A stretch of 59,301 bases of DNA, counting the filler, from Catajapyx aquilonaris (Eukaryota): assembly GCA_000934665.2 (NCBI GenBank). It is 2 parts of 2 records of this genome, joined end to end, with 100 filler letters (N's around TTAATTAATTAA, not from the genome) between each part and the next. Parts side by side here need not be neighbours in the genome. Positions count along the whole stretch, not along the records: positions 1 to 29,605 come from JYFJ02004768.1; positions 29,706 to 59,301 come from JYFJ02004769.1. One strand, 5' to 3'. The position numbers were made by a program, and so were the translations under genes. Numbering within the stretch: the first letter of the stretch is position 1; each line of letters opens with the position of its first letter. Under the pieces are notes generated by a model that was not told the DNA's origin, did not search any database, and saw only the letters and a list, made by a program, of their open reading frames with translations. Positions 25,529 through 43,930 of the stretch are shown here, one piece after another.

Positions 25529-28191
25529 TTATGGGCTTTTATGGCCATTGGCAGAAAAAGAGAAGGAGGCGACTCGGACATTTCCAGCGGCCAACAAGCA
25601 CTTTCTGAGGGCCTCCTGGCATAGATGATAATCGCGGTATGGAGGCACCAATATGGAGTCCAAGAGGTACAGGTTGCGACAGAAGACAGGTACGGCCTCC
25701 TCAATCTTCCTTTGAGACAGCAGCTCCACCCCGTTGTTGAAGAGCGCCTCCGTCTTCTGCAGAGCCAGCAGTCCCTTCAACATACTCGTGCTCCGACCGC
25801 AGTTCTTGCATTTCATCACAACCTCTGTCGGAGATTCATCCGCCGAAGCAGAGCCTCCCAAAGGCAGCGCACATTTGGGGTTGGTGCACCGGAACCGCAG
25901 GCTGTCTCCTATTGGCACCAAGACAAACGAGAGGAAACGAACAAAACAAAAAATTTAGTCGACGTCGCAGTAGTTAAGACTTGGCGATGCTACATACCTT
26001 TCATGTCAGCGAATGTCGGCCAATCTTCCAAGCATGCGCGGCACTTGCATACGAACCAGTACTGATCCAAAAGACGTTTCTGACGTTCTCTGCGTGGCGT
26101 CTGCGTGTAGACCGGACCATAGTTCTCACCTACCACATCTCCTGGAGCGATGTTTCGAACCGCCCGTACCACCACGGTGTTCCGGCTAAAGTACCTGAGA
26201 AGCAGGAGGAACGGAAATGACATCAAGGCAACAGCTGACACCCGCGACATTGGTACTTGCCTGATAATGGAAGGTTCGCACGAGTGATTGAACATTGCAA
26301 GTGTAGGGTATATCCCAGCACCTATCCGCATAGACTGAGCCCCGTCCACGTGTCCCTTCCCAACCATCTGAAATTCGGCAATTTCATGAGCGTTGAACTG
26401 CAGGATTTGAAGGAAATGAACTATCATGTCGGCTATGAACGCTTCGTTTGGGGTCAGCTCAGCGCCTGAGAATTTATGGGGTAAGTATAGTAACCGCAGG
26501 ATGCAGTTACAGTAGGAAATCCGGACATACCTTCTTTATTACTAGTGTCATCCGGAAAGTACGAGGTCAATCGAAGGCATCGTACAAGAAAGGCGGACAT
26601 GAGGCAACGGTGAAACAAATCCTCTGGACTCCGATGTTCCTCGTGGCTCACCAACTTGTAGAGTGTAGCGTAGCTGTAACTGTCGTACACTTTGGATATC
26701 CCGCTAGTTTCGGAAGGCTCTTTTGTCAGCTGTGACCTCATGCCATACAGCGTGTCAAACGATGTCTGAGTGACCATCCGCAGTGCCAGGTAACATGTCA
26801 GCGACATCCCAGACGCCACCAGAAGACTCTGTATTTTACATTCATACTTGTGCCAAGATGACATGGCGTCGTTGCAGCACTCGGGGCTGCAGAATATCAC
26901 ATTGCAGCAATCCTTGCACGGCACGGGAGCGACCAGACTACAAAAAGTAGTATGATCCAGGTTAGCAATAAAATCCCCCACTAAAAACCAGACTGACTAG
27001 AACTTGTTAGACCACTCTATAAAAAGACGCATTATTTCGCCACTGGACAAAGCAAAAAGCCTGTAAATAATGATGGAAGAGACCCTTGAAAGCATCTGGG
27101 GCAGTGTGTCCTTCCGCGATCCGACATCAGCACCGAAGCAAAGGCCCTCTCCACAAGCAAAGTATCACCAGGTCTCAGTGGTTGAGCAGCAACCACGAAC
27201 CGTCCTTCGTCTTCACTTCGCTTCATCTGCACCATCCTGGAGGCCGCAGGGATGAACTGGTTTTGTCCACCAGTCACATTGGGAGGATCCGGTGTGATGC
27301 TTCCGAGACTCCCTGCCAGGAGCATCGGAGACGTTGGACGACCACCAGCACCAGCAGCTTCTGTGCAACATACGCTAGTACTACAGTACAATGCAAGACA
27401 TGCTGGTAATTGGGCGAGTTCACTGCGAGTTTAACCATTCCGAATAAAATATATTTAATGAGCGGTTATTTCGGGCATGAACTATTTGGCTCACCAGATT
27501 GCCTAGCTTTGTCGATGCTGCAAAGCAAGGAGTGGAGGTCAGCATCCCACCGGTCAGACTTCTCTGGGGGCATGTTGGACGAGGGCAGGGCCTGCAGAGC
27601 TTGAGAAGCAGCTTCCTTGGCCGGCTGCAGGTTGCCCAGCTGCAGAAGGCATCGGGACCGTCTCTCCAGAAGTTTGTACCGCAGCTCGGGAGGAAAGCCG
27701 GCTTCAAAAGCCTGGGCGATGTCCGACAGCGCCAGAGACCATTGGGACATTCGAAACAGGGCTGCTGAGCGGTTGCCAAGAGCGATGGCGTAGGACCTCC
27801 GACCCTCCTCTGCAAATTGGTTCAGATTATTGCATCAATTGGTTTGTTTTTGTTGTTACGTACCAGTGTCAGACGGTTGCTTCAGAATGCTCTGGGAGTA
27901 CAAATGGAGGGCACGAGTGGTATTGCCTTTGGAAAATTCTTTGTTCCCTTCTTCTTTGCTGCGCAAGGCTTCAGGGGCGCTCTTGGCTTGGAAGAATGGC
28001 TGCAGATTGAGTCCCTGCAGGGCCGGCAGTCGAAATACCCATCGGACTCGGTCCATTGGACTGACGAAGGACTGGAATTCGGTCCATTCTTCATCTGACA
28101 GCTCCGTCCTCGCTCTTGTGTGTATCGGCCGGAAGAATCCTTCCGACTTGTCTTCCTTTAGCATCTCGATTAGTCCTCTGCAGACCTGCAT
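25529..28191 (-). CDS. SMYD4: SET and MYND domain-containing lysine methyltransferase, SMYD4 type (N-terminal TPR, split SET with MYND finger, post-SET), 7 exons, about 702 aa
   Basis: Minus-strand exons: 28191-27864, 27809-27495, 27360-27084, 26937-26531, 26465-26261, 26194-25998, 25908-25529 (2109 nt, frame consistent). Motifs: TPR (KEEGNKEF...LYSQSI; ALGNRSAALF), EGRFVVAA..L.PGD.LLVE (SET-N), MYND CPRC..CKDC..FCSPEC..WHKYEC, QFNAHEI, GAGIYPTLAMFNHSC, ENYGP, post-SET FVCKCRAC. The start codon could be 28191 or the next Met (28164). Confidence 0.92.
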
Positions 28192-28249
28192 CGTTTAAGG
28201 TAAGGAACAGAGTAGTGGATGTGTCCTTATGGGGAAGTTTCCTGTTCTC

Positions 28250-28464
28250 CAGGGGTCGAAATATTCGGATGCAAAGGTGCAATTTGCACTCCAAACTGAG
28301 CCTTGGAGTGCAAAGTTTGCACTCCAATTGGCACTGCTTTTAAACATGGCTATACCAAGGAATTAAAAATTAATTCGCTCTGAGTAAGCGATTTGCCCTT
28401 CAGATTAAAGTCGTCTAGAGTGCAAACTTTGCATCTGGACAAAAATGTTAAAATTCGACCCCTA
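28250..28464. mobile_element. hAT-like MITE just upstream of the SMYD4 start codon
   Basis: TIR CAGGGGTCGAA ... TTCGACCCCTA; internal inverted/direct TTTGCACTC(CAA) repeats; near-duplicated flanks CTGTTCTC / CTGTCCTC. Confidence 0.6.
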
Positions 28465-28880
28465 TACTGTCCTCTCAACGTCTCGATATTTTTTCTGCGG
28501 AGGATTTTTTTTTGTTAGCAAAAAAGACACACGAAAAAATCAGAATTGCGCCTTTATGTTATAGGGGAAACTGTAGCCGGTTTTCCACCGGAAAAAGACA
28601 GCATAAGTAAAAACTGCGCGTTCATTCAGGACGGCCAGTACAGAAATGAGATCCCAACTGTAACTGTTAGGCGAAAGATATAAAAAATCTTTTAATACGG
28701 TAACTGAAACCCATTTCCCATGAAATGGCATAAACTAAAATTCAACGAACCTGGCATTTTTTGTGCCTTTTGCCCGCAACAAAAACCATGCAAAATGCAA
28801 TAACCCGGCAATATCGATGAAGTCATCATACCCTTGACTTCGTCACATATACGCTTTGGGAAATGATCGAGTGGTTCTAA

Positions 28881-29007
28881 GGGCCGGTTTCACCGAGCTC
28901 AGTATATGATAAAACCAGGATATTTCTCAAAATCCCTATCTATTTGTATGGATTTTCCTAAAAAAAAACCTGGTTTTATCATATACCAAGCTCGGTGAAA
29001 CCGGCCC
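28881..29007. mobile_element. PIF/Harbinger (Tourist-like) MITE, 127-bp hairpin
   Basis: TAA|GGGCCGGTTTCACCGAGCT...AGCTCGGTGAAACCGGCCC|TAA: TIR arms of about 39 bp and 3-bp TAA target duplication. Confidence 0.85.
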
Positions 29008-29605
29008 TAAGAGATCATTTTAAGTAGAGGCAATCATGGGTATCCGCAGCATAGTTACCGAGATAACGTCCTTCAAACACAGGGTATAAAATATCCTGGC
29101 ACGCATATGCGTCCCTCCAACCGACCTTGACTTTTCCATTAAGGTGCTACAATGTAATTTAATTTTAATTTACGATCCTGTTAGGTGTATTATGGAATGA
29201 CCTACGGCTCTAGGCGATGGAAGTGTCGTAAGCAGTATCCGAAACCTACGGTATAAGCAGGAATAACGCACTTTTTTATTTAATGTTAATTATCTCTGTA
29301 ACTATGCGGCGGAGACCCATGATGAGGGTACTTAAACTGATTGCCTAGGACCTCTCTATCATTTCCCAAAGCGACGGTACGTTACATTTCCGAACCCTGT
29401 ATAAGCCTATACTCGGCCTCCTCGGATATCCTCCTCAGACCCAAAAGAGTTCTATTCAACATGCATATTCCAGATTTTGTGGCTAGATATACTTTCGCAC
29501 TGGGAACAAAAAAAACCATCATACACATTTTTCGAGATTCTGGACCATTGTTAGTTAGAGCTTAGAGGATTGTATTGCATGCAATACATTGTGTCTTAGA
29601 ACTTC

Positions 29606-29705
29606 NNNNNNNNNNNNNNNNNNNNNNNNNNNNNNNNNNNNNNNNNNNNTTAATTAATTAANNNNNNNNNNNNNNNNNNNNNNNNNNNNNNNNNNNNNNN
29701 NNNNN
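29606..29705. other. Assembly gap with artificial six-frame stop linker
   Basis: 44 N + TTAATTAATTAA (29650-29661) + 44 N = exactly 100 bp. Confidence 0.97.
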
Positions 29706-29929
29706 CGGGAACTGATATCTTAAAACGGAATATGCCAAAAAAATCCAAAAAATATGAGCGAATTTATTATGTAGTTTCCAAAATGAAGGCTAGTTCCCCA
29801 TTTTGTTGCTTTCAAGGAAGATCCTATTTAATCTGGTAAAACTTGTCTGAGGGTTCAGTTATATTGATAACCTTCTAGCAAGGCTCTGTGTGTGTTTCTG
29901 CTATTCACAGCAAGTGAATTATATTACAG

Positions 29930-37719
<7,790 letters not shown>

Positions 37720-38373
37720 ACTATTTTGATTGAGCATTTGGTTTAAAAGCAGAGCCCACTTATTTAGCACAGGTGCATGAGGAGATTATCTGAAAAATGG
37801 GCTGTCACTACAGATGTATGGGAAAGCCCCATTTTCTGGTTTGAAGGTTTAGCTCACTTGCAGCATGTGAAGTGCCCACTTTGTGCATTGGCTCTTGTAT
37901 TACCGGTGAAGTGTGCAGTGTCAGGTGAAGTCAAGTCCTTTTTTAAGAGTAAGCTCCTCATATGCAGCAGGTTCCACTCATTTGCTGCGACAAAGAGTTG
38001 GATCCACTGCTCGTGCAAATGTACCTGGATGCATGAATAGATAAGGGGAATGGGTCTCCCAGTAACGTCTCTACCATGGTCAAGTGGGCTCTAATGCAAA
38101 TTCCAATGCACTCAGTATTGTAGTAGGAACTACTACAAGCGAGATTAATAACTGGCATTTTGTTTTCTCTAGGTTGTACATCCACCATTGTATCAGATGA
38201 CTGATACAAGTAACAAAAAGTGATAACTAAGTTGTACTCATAAGAAGAATCTCTACTTTCATGAATGCCAAAAAAAAACCTGCATCTCAAGCAAAATACT
38301 CAAGCTCTGGTTGTTTTCAAATCTTACGGAACAAGCCTGACACGAGGCCTATAATTGCGTCCATGATGTAGAC

Positions 38374-38946
38374 TAGGGGTCCTCAAATTTTATTACTCGA
38401 GTTCTATTCTCAGAAATCATCACTTTGCTGTGGGCCACATGATTTTGAAAATGATAAATGGGATCAAAATTAATTGATGTAGGTTATGCAGGATACAGCC
38501 TGTTATGAGATAGAGTTCAGCTACCAGTAGGTGTAGTATCACTGTTATACAAATGTGTCATAATAATTTACACCTCTACTATGAGCCATATATGGAATCT
38601 GCCCTGGCTACCTCTCAGCAAAAGGAAGTATGGCAAGAAGGATTCTCCTCTTTTGTGATAATTATTTTTTAAAACTTACAAAAACATCGTCTACATGTAG
38701 TAAATGCATTTGAGGAGGGAGGCAGGAGTTGCAGGTTCTTGAGGAATCTGTTAAGTCATTTCCATTGATACTAATTATGCAATTTGACACATGAAGTATT
38801 TTAAATTGAAGAACAAATCGATACCTGCCACAATACAATTCTCTGGGTTGACTTACATGTTTAAAGAAACCCACAATAGCAATCAAGTTGCTGAACATCA
38901 CTTGAGGACGACATGTGACCTGCAGGCCACAGTTTGAGGATCCCTA
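38374..38946. mobile_element. Old non-autonomous hAT element in the probable 3' UTR of the PLEKHH-family gene
   Basis: TIRs TAGGGGTCCTCAAA / TTTGAGGATCCCTA; degenerate 8-bp TSD ATGTAGAC / AATTAGAC. Confidence 0.65.
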
Positions 38947-39724
38947 AATTAGACTCTAATTGGAGTAGAGTGGTAAAAAGATTGGGGTAAACAAAAGAAG
39001 GAAAAAAAGATGTCTCGACTCAGGAGATTTTAGCATTATGAGAGTATGAAGGAGCATGATAAAAAGACATCCTGGTAGTATCCTTCAAAGGCAATGACTT
39101 GGTTGGGTCTACCAGTTTTCCAGGCTGTCCAAAAGTTTAATTTTGTCACACAAGTCAGTATTTTTATGAATCATTGCCATTGAATTTTTTTTTTGTCAGT
39201 GTACATAGATATGAATGTATGTAAAATGTACAGAAATGGTTTTCACCCATTTTTGGATATGAAATACGAAGCTAAGTTTTTTGCTCAGAAGAGAAAGCGA
39301 TTGTGTAGGTCATTTTTTGGGGGATTTCGAGATATTAATTTTCTAGTCTCGCCATTTTGGGAAAAAAGTGAATGAAAAGGAATTTTTGTACTGTAACACT
39401 AGTCATAGGACCTAACCCCTCAGCTTGTGGCCCCCCGCCCACCCAATTTGGCAGATTTTGTAGCTACACTTCTACTTTCTCCTCCTTTGTGCAAATGTTG
39501 CGCTCTACAACGATAGGCAGCTTTTGCCAGTGTTGCTTTTAGTCGAGTCCTTGTGTGAGCCATATTGTGGGCCTCTTGGAAGAACCAGATCTGACCAAAA
39601 AAAAATCATAAATAAATAAAATATGATGCATGTAAAGTTGTGCAAAATTGGAAGATACAGCCTTGTGATGAACATTTAAGTGCCTCATATTGAGATGAGT
39701 AATGCTGAGCTTGGCGTGTTGTAT

Positions 39725-39946
39725 GGCGGGACCTCCTTTCTCTCTCTTACATTGGCTTTCAAAAGCCAGGCAGCCAATGAGAGAGATAAAGGGGGTCCCC
39801 GCCCTGGCCAGGTAGCTAGAGTGAGAGAGTGAGAGGGCCCCCGCCAGAGAGAGGGGATCGGCCAAGGCGGAGCCCCCTCCCTCTCTCACGCTGGCTGCTT
39901 GGTATTGGCCAGCCAGCCAATGAAAGAGAGAGAGAGGGCCCCGCCA
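39725..39946. repeat. GC-rich array of inverted/direct repeats (MITE-like interior)
   Basis: Units GGCGG(G/A)..CC(CT)n ... (GA)nGGG(T/C)CCCCGCC arranged as two hairpins plus a half unit, with CAGCCAATGA repeated. Confidence 0.55.
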
Positions 39947-40173
39947 CAAATAGGATGGGGAGACTCGACTTTACATGCATCTGGAAAAAAAAAAGATGTC
40001 TATGGGTGAAGTACCAGTATTTTTTATTGACTTACTTTGGCTTCTCATTGTTTCCATTTGTACAAAAATAAGGAAACTTGTACGTACCACTCGTGCATTT
40101 TTTGTAGTATTTCTTTTCCCACTTGCATTTTTGTCAAGTGAAAGCAGACTCACTCTGTTCCTTGACAGTGTGG

Positions 40174-40213
40174 AATAAAAGAACCTAATTACAAGAACAG
40201 TACTGGTAATAAA
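40174..40213 (+). terminator. Candidate polyadenylation signals of the PLEKHH-family gene
   Basis: Two AATAAA hexamers (40174-40179, 40208-40213) about 2.5 kb after the stop codon. Confidence 0.4.
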
Positions 40214-40861
40214 TTATAAGATGAATATTTCATACTTGTTTCAGTGACTTTCTAAATCTCGAATCACTCCAGCCAGGCTTAAGGCCAGTATCGACGTATA
40301 AGTTTCTCGGACACGAGTCCTCTTGAGCGAGGAATCTTGTCTGTCGAGACGGACTGTATGTCGCCTCAGGGCCCCTCTGGTCCTCGGAAAGGGGATTAAA
40401 GTTGAAAATGTTCTACTTTTCCTCGTTCCTTGGATCCGGGCATGTGCAGCAGTTGGCTCCTCGAGAAATCTTTTACGTGGATACCGGCCTTTGCTCTTGC
40501 TCTAGCAGATACTTCTGACTTGAAAAGCAGAGGTCATGGTCAGCTTTCACAAGGAGGTAAGCAATGCAGGGGTTTTGTTGTGACCATTCTGGGAGTTGTG
40601 CAGGATCGATATATCAGCATGCAAATAAGGCTGGTTCCAGTCTGCAATCAGCTAAGGCATCACGTCATTTATTCTTTTAACATGCATTTTTGTAGTTTGT
40701 GGAATGCACGCTTTGATCCCTTGGGCCCAATGCATCATTCTTTATGTACCAGTATTGCTTGTAATGTGTGTGATGTAGAAAAGTGCAATGTGCTTTTAGA
40801 ATGGTAGGCCTGTGTGTCTGAGCAGGTTGGTCAGAGTATTGTTGTAGATGACAGCTGTTAT

Positions 40862-41283
40862 GTCTGTTATTGTACGGTGCGGAGGTATGGGGCCACCGTA
40901 CTAGGGTGAAGACGTTCCGGACCCGCCTGATGTCTGCTCTCCGCCCCTTTTTGCTGATGGCCACAAGAACGTATAGGACAACGCCCAGCTCTCTTCTTTG
41001 TGTCCTGAGTGGAACCATCCCCCCGGCGTGGCAGGCGCAGGCCATTTGGGAGGCGCGTAGGACTGTCAGCACTGAAGCAGTGAGGGGGCTGGTGAGGATC
41101 CCGGTCCCTGTGCGCGACACCCTGCCGCCGTGGGAGTGGAGCAGACCTAACATCTGGACGTGGAATGGGACACCAATCGGAGTGGACCACCTCTACTTCA
41201 CGGACGGTTCGGTCATGAAGCGGGGCGCTGGAGGAGCCGTGGTGACCATGGATGCTGGATTGCGGGTTGTCGCAACGCACAAT
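40862..41283 (+). mobile_element. Non-LTR retrotransposon fragment (R1/LOA-like; end of RT thumb to start of RNase H)
   Basis: Open frame LLYGAEVWG...ATRTYRTTPSSLLCVLSGTIPP...LYFTDGS..RGAGGAVV: YG..VW and YRTTP..L.VL.G..P motifs followed by the RNase H (Y/F)TDGS motif. Confidence 0.85.
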
Positions 41284-42245
41284 TAACCAGTTGTGCAATG
41301 CAGCTGCAGCTCAAACAATGAGTGTAGTTTTTGCAGGAGATAATAAAATGGGAGACAGGAAGACCTAAATCATGAGGCCAGAATGCCAAAAGCATTTTCC
41401 ACAACACTCCTTGCCCTCGAAAGTCTGTAATTAAATAATCTTTGCTTTTGATTCAGTCCATGGAAAGGCCAGGGTTTCAAGAGGTAAGTGTGGAGGGGAA
41501 AGGGATCATCTCCAACAAAAAAATTGGGCATATTTGGCTTCACTCGGCTCACTTCACATGGGTCAGGAATGCCTAACTTATTATTGGCAAGTGTGTGAGA
41601 CAATGTGCTGCTCCTGAATACCCCCAGCATCGCCAACATGCCCATTTGCCCCAACATCCAGATAAACTTGTAATTAGTGTCTACTGCTGCCAGCATGATT
41701 ACCCTATGCCACTTTGGGCTCCCATACCATATAATTGAAATAATTGGCACCTGAATTTTCAGAGTGCTGCATGACAACGTGCTTGTAATCGAGAGCACCT
41801 ACACATAGCAGTAAGTTCCACTTGTCGTTCAAGTCCTCTGCAATGGCTTCCCATTCCTCGTGGCTATGTGGAACCTGTAGGAAAATAAAGAAATTATGTT
41901 TACCATCATTTGCAATTACAGTACATATTAAAGACCACGGACAACTCCGAACTGGCTTTACCTTAAGGCAGGTACGGTCGTAGATGGCAGTGGTTACTTC
42001 TGGCATAATCCTAGATAAGAGTTCATTTGGGCATCTGCACAGGAAATCACATGCTGGAGTATTATTTATCCCCTGTGGCGAGGTACCGCAGGGTGGCTGC
42101 CAGGTGGTGCTCAGCTGGGTGCTGCATCATGGTGTCTTGTTTCGATATCTGTGGTTTCACCATGTAGCACAGTTCATCAAACATTTGCAGAGTCATTCTC
42201 ATATAGGTGGGTAGTCAGACAGACCTTCTTCCCTCAGTTATTACC
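41284..42245 (-). pseudogene. Degenerate PIF/Harbinger DDE transposase (HARBI1-like) with a retained 87-nt intron
   Basis: Fragments KQDTMM..AE..LAATLRYLATG; VP.S.EEWEAIA...KWN...CVGALDYKHV; LAAVDTNYKFI; VGDDPFPL...LLKPW...RLFNYRLSRARSVVENAFGILA; ALHNWL. Frameshifts and stops present. Intron GTAAAG (41961) to TTTTCCTACAG (41875). Confidence 0.88.
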
Positions 42246-42258
42246 AAAGAGTTCTGCT

Positions 42259-42311
42259 ATTATATTATATATTATATATATTATATTATATATTATATTA
42301 TATAATATAAT
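42259..42311. repeat. (TATAT/TATTA)n AT-only simple repeat
   Basis: tatattatatattatatatattatattatatattatatta... Confidence 0.8.
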
Positions 42312-42499
42312 AGCAGAACTCTTTGGTTATTACTGTTATATGTGCATTTGTTCATATTTCCATGACACCCATGGGTGAACAAAGCAGCGCTGCTTTCTTG
42401 TCTGCATCTGTAAGTTATTTATTTGCATACATGAATGGTTGCATTTCAGACAGAAAATACTGCTTAAATATACTTGTACTGTATTATTTGTTTCATTTT

Positions 42500-42840
42500 T
42501 TTTAACGTTACCCCGGGCTAGGGCCATGGGCCCCTTTAGGGGGGTGGATTACCACCATTATCCTTCAATTTTCTTATTATTTTCTTCTAACACCAGTGCA
42601 AGGATGAAAGGACAAGAGGTAAGGATAGGGATTTTCGGGGAGGGAACATGGGTGCAAGTGCAATGTCTGAAAATGGGTCATGTGCTGTTCCCCAGGAGGT
42701 TAGGTTGCCAGACACCTCCTTGGTGCAGGTCAGAGACCCTCCTGACGCAGGTGAAAGGAAAGTTCCCCAGGCGGGGATCGAACCTGGGGCCTTTCACACA
42801 GCAAGCCGAGACGTTACCATCACGGCCACCACACCTCCCC
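42500..42840 (-). mobile_element. tRNA-derived SINE (head B, tail type 2)
   Basis: Head GGGGAGGTGTGGTGGCCGTGATGGTAAC...GGTTCGATCCC on -; 15-bp TSD TATTTGTTTCATTTT (42485-42499 and 42841-42855); homologous to the copy at 53129. Confidence 0.88.
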
Positions 42841-43249
42841 TATTTGTTTCATTTTCACATACTAGTCACTGTACATGTAACTTGGTAATTACTATTAGGC
42901 CTATAATTATGTGAGAGCTAATGCAGCCCATGTATTCATGCAAATTTTAACTTGCACATATTAGAATTAGTTGCCGGTTATTTTTTGCGATTGGAGCTTA
43001 AGCTGGATCCAGTACAATAAACAATTTTAAAATACTCCTTCGGTTCCCAACTAAACTGAACAGGGCCGACGAGGATTCTCCTATTTGTAAAGCCCTACTG
43101 GGACGTAGTAAAACAATCATGGGTAGACAAGTTAAAGGACCTTGCTGAATGGATTCAACCACAAAGCAATTAGCCAGAATTGATGTTACCAAGACGTTAC
43201 CCTAACCTTGCTGGAGGATATTAACACTAGAAAATGTCTCGCAGATCTA

Positions 43250-43930
43250 GCGGAAAGTTGCTACCGCGAGGATTTGGACCAAGATTTGGACAGACTCACA
43301 AGAACCAAATGTCTAATGTGCAGTGAATCAATTGACAGTACCTGACAGTACTCTGCAAATCTCCCGCGGCCGGCATTTGATATCAGATCCGCTAGTGCCT
43401 GTTCCCGCCGCAATTCCGGCAGTGGAGCTGTGTGCCGGAAGCGTGTAGTGGCCACTAGAAGCGTGCGGAGAAAGGACGAAGCGCCTCTGGAAGCGCTCGG
43501 AAGTGCCGACCAAGTGCCGACTGCCGAAGAAGTTTAGAAAGTACCGGTTGGTAGCTTTCTCTCGAGTGGCGATTTGGGCCGGGAGCGAAGGGAGTAGGGA
43601 GATAGCTGGGGAGATAGTACGTCGTACGAGGTTATTCTGAAGCGGTGTCCGACCGGGTGGTTTCTGAGCCGACGCCTGTGATACGTTGACAATTGGCGCC
43701 CCTGCGGCATCATGATGGAGCTTGCAGGATGAATCCACTCACGTAAGTGTCTCGCTGGGTGTTCCAGAGTAGAGCAGGGGGTAGCCCGGTTTTCCAGACG
43801 GAGCGCCAGTTAGGTAGTTGATACGGGGGACTTGGAGCTGTTGGTGGAGAAAGTTCGGTCAGGGCGTGACCTGGTGACCCAGTGGAGGGAGGGCGGGTGG
43901 GGCCTGCTTATACCGTGTGTTGTTTACAGG
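43250..43930 (+). promoter_or_regulatory. GC/CpG-rich promoter and first-exon region of RBMX2
   Basis: Abrupt rise in GC and CpG around the first coding exon, in contrast to CpG-poor flanks; transcription start not determinable. Confidence 0.55.

Noticed and set aside
29650..29661. TTAATTAATTAA island between N runs
   Set aside because: Symmetric 44N+12+44N spacer with stops in all six frames: an assembly linker, not biology.
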